Below are positions 63,084-64,000 of a stretch of 64,000 bases of DNA, in pieces; position 1 is the stretch's first letter, and every line of letters begins with the position of its first letter. A program made the position numbers and the translations under genes. Below the pieces are notes generated by a model. That model made no database searches and was not told where the DNA came from. It saw nothing but the letters and a program-made list of their open reading frames with translations. The stretch comes from Gnetum montanum (Eukaryota > Plantae > Gnetophyta): positions 1 to 64,000 of the forward strand of contig MNCI01000563.1 in the NCBI GenBank assembly GCA_015680685.1. The letters are read 5' to 3'.

Positions 63084-64000
63084 AACCCTAAGAAACATCT
63101 TACTTTGATGATCATGGTTGGCTTAGGCTAATCAAAAATTTTCTTAGTCTTTGTTGGATCTATAACAATGTCTTCTTTTGAGACCACATTATCTAGGAAC
63201 TGCACTTCTTTCTACAAAAGGTGGCATTTGTTAGATGAGAAAATAGCTAATTCTCTTAGATATTTGAACAATTTTTATCAAATTTTGCTCATGTTTTTTT
63301 TTCATTTTTAAGTAGATAAGAATGTTATCAATTAAGAATATGATAAACTTATCCAAATAGGATTGCAAAACATTGTGCATCAGGTTCATGAAGACTATAG
63401 GCTAATTTGTGAGTCTAAAGGGAACCATGAGGAATTTGTAGTGTCCACACCTAGTTCTCAAAGTTGTCTTAGGTATGTACTTATCCTTTATCTTTAACTA
63501 ATTGTAGCCTGATTTGAGATCAATCTTGAAGAATATTGTAGCACCGCTTAACTAGTTAAACAATTCCTTAATATGGGGAAGAAGATTCTTATTTTTTATG
63601 ATTACTTGGTTTACCTGGTTGTAATTAATGCATTATCTAAGTATACCATATTTCTTCTTCACAAAAAAGACTAAGGCTTCCCAAGTCAAAACATTCAATC
63701 TAATCAAATCTTTGTCTAGCAACTCTTGCACTTGAATCTTTAATTATGCTAACTCAATAAAGGAGATTTTGTAAGGAGCTTTATAGATAGGATTTGTTCC
63801 AAGCTTGAGAGAAATCTTAAACTCAATGACTCATTTTGAAGGTAGACTAGAAAGTTATTTCTAAAAAACATCCAAAAACAAGTTCACTATTAGAATCTTT
63901 GAAGTTTTTAATGTTGGAGTAGTGAGCATAAAGCAAGTATGTCCTTTCTTTATCATGTACTTGAAGGAGTTGGAAGAGATGAGATCCAATTTAATGGATC
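63084..64000 (-). pseudogene. Tekay pol RT domain
   Basis: INYNQVNQVIIKNKNLLPHI...FFKIDLKSGYN*LKI...[13 protein letters not shown]...VRCFLG. Confidence 0.85.

Larger units (their letters stand above)
18579..64000 (-). mobile_element. Tekay/Del-like chromovirus acting as host of the nested insertions
   Basis: pol reads through both insertion sites once inserts are removed: KVRCFLG|LVGYY at 63084/23304 and SKKY|DQTFQELKK at 23197/20412; purine tract at 18579-18592; extends beyond the window. Confidence 0.85.

Overview
Eukaryotic (land-plant-type), AT-rich, CpG-depleted genomic DNA made almost entirely of old, nested LTR retrotransposons; I find no host gene, RNA gene or CRISPR array. From left to right: (1) the 3' half of a CRM-like chromovirus (1-3050); (2) a Galadriel-like gag-bearing remnant (~3051-15170); (3) inserted in it, a complete Athila-like element (6017-14405, TSD GAAAA); (4) a minus-strand Tekay/Del-like element whose pol (18600->64000) is split by a solo LTR (20413-23196) and by a ~40-kb nest. 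The nest is Tat-lineage (Ogre/Retand-type) element A (23305-63083), which holds a younger related element B (37640-54778, TSD ATGGC) and, in its 5' LTR, a Ty1/copia element (57478-62503). The most notable signal is in both Tat elements. Between gag-protease and RT, on the opposite strand, each carries a homologous spliced gene (>=7 exons, ~1,050 codons in B). Its first conserved exons look like an FCP1/NIF-type HAD (CTD-phosphatase-like) domain, followed by a plant-transposon-protein/PMD-like domain and a coiled-coil/acidic tail. All translations and alignments were done by eye; family names rest on recalled motifs, not database searches.
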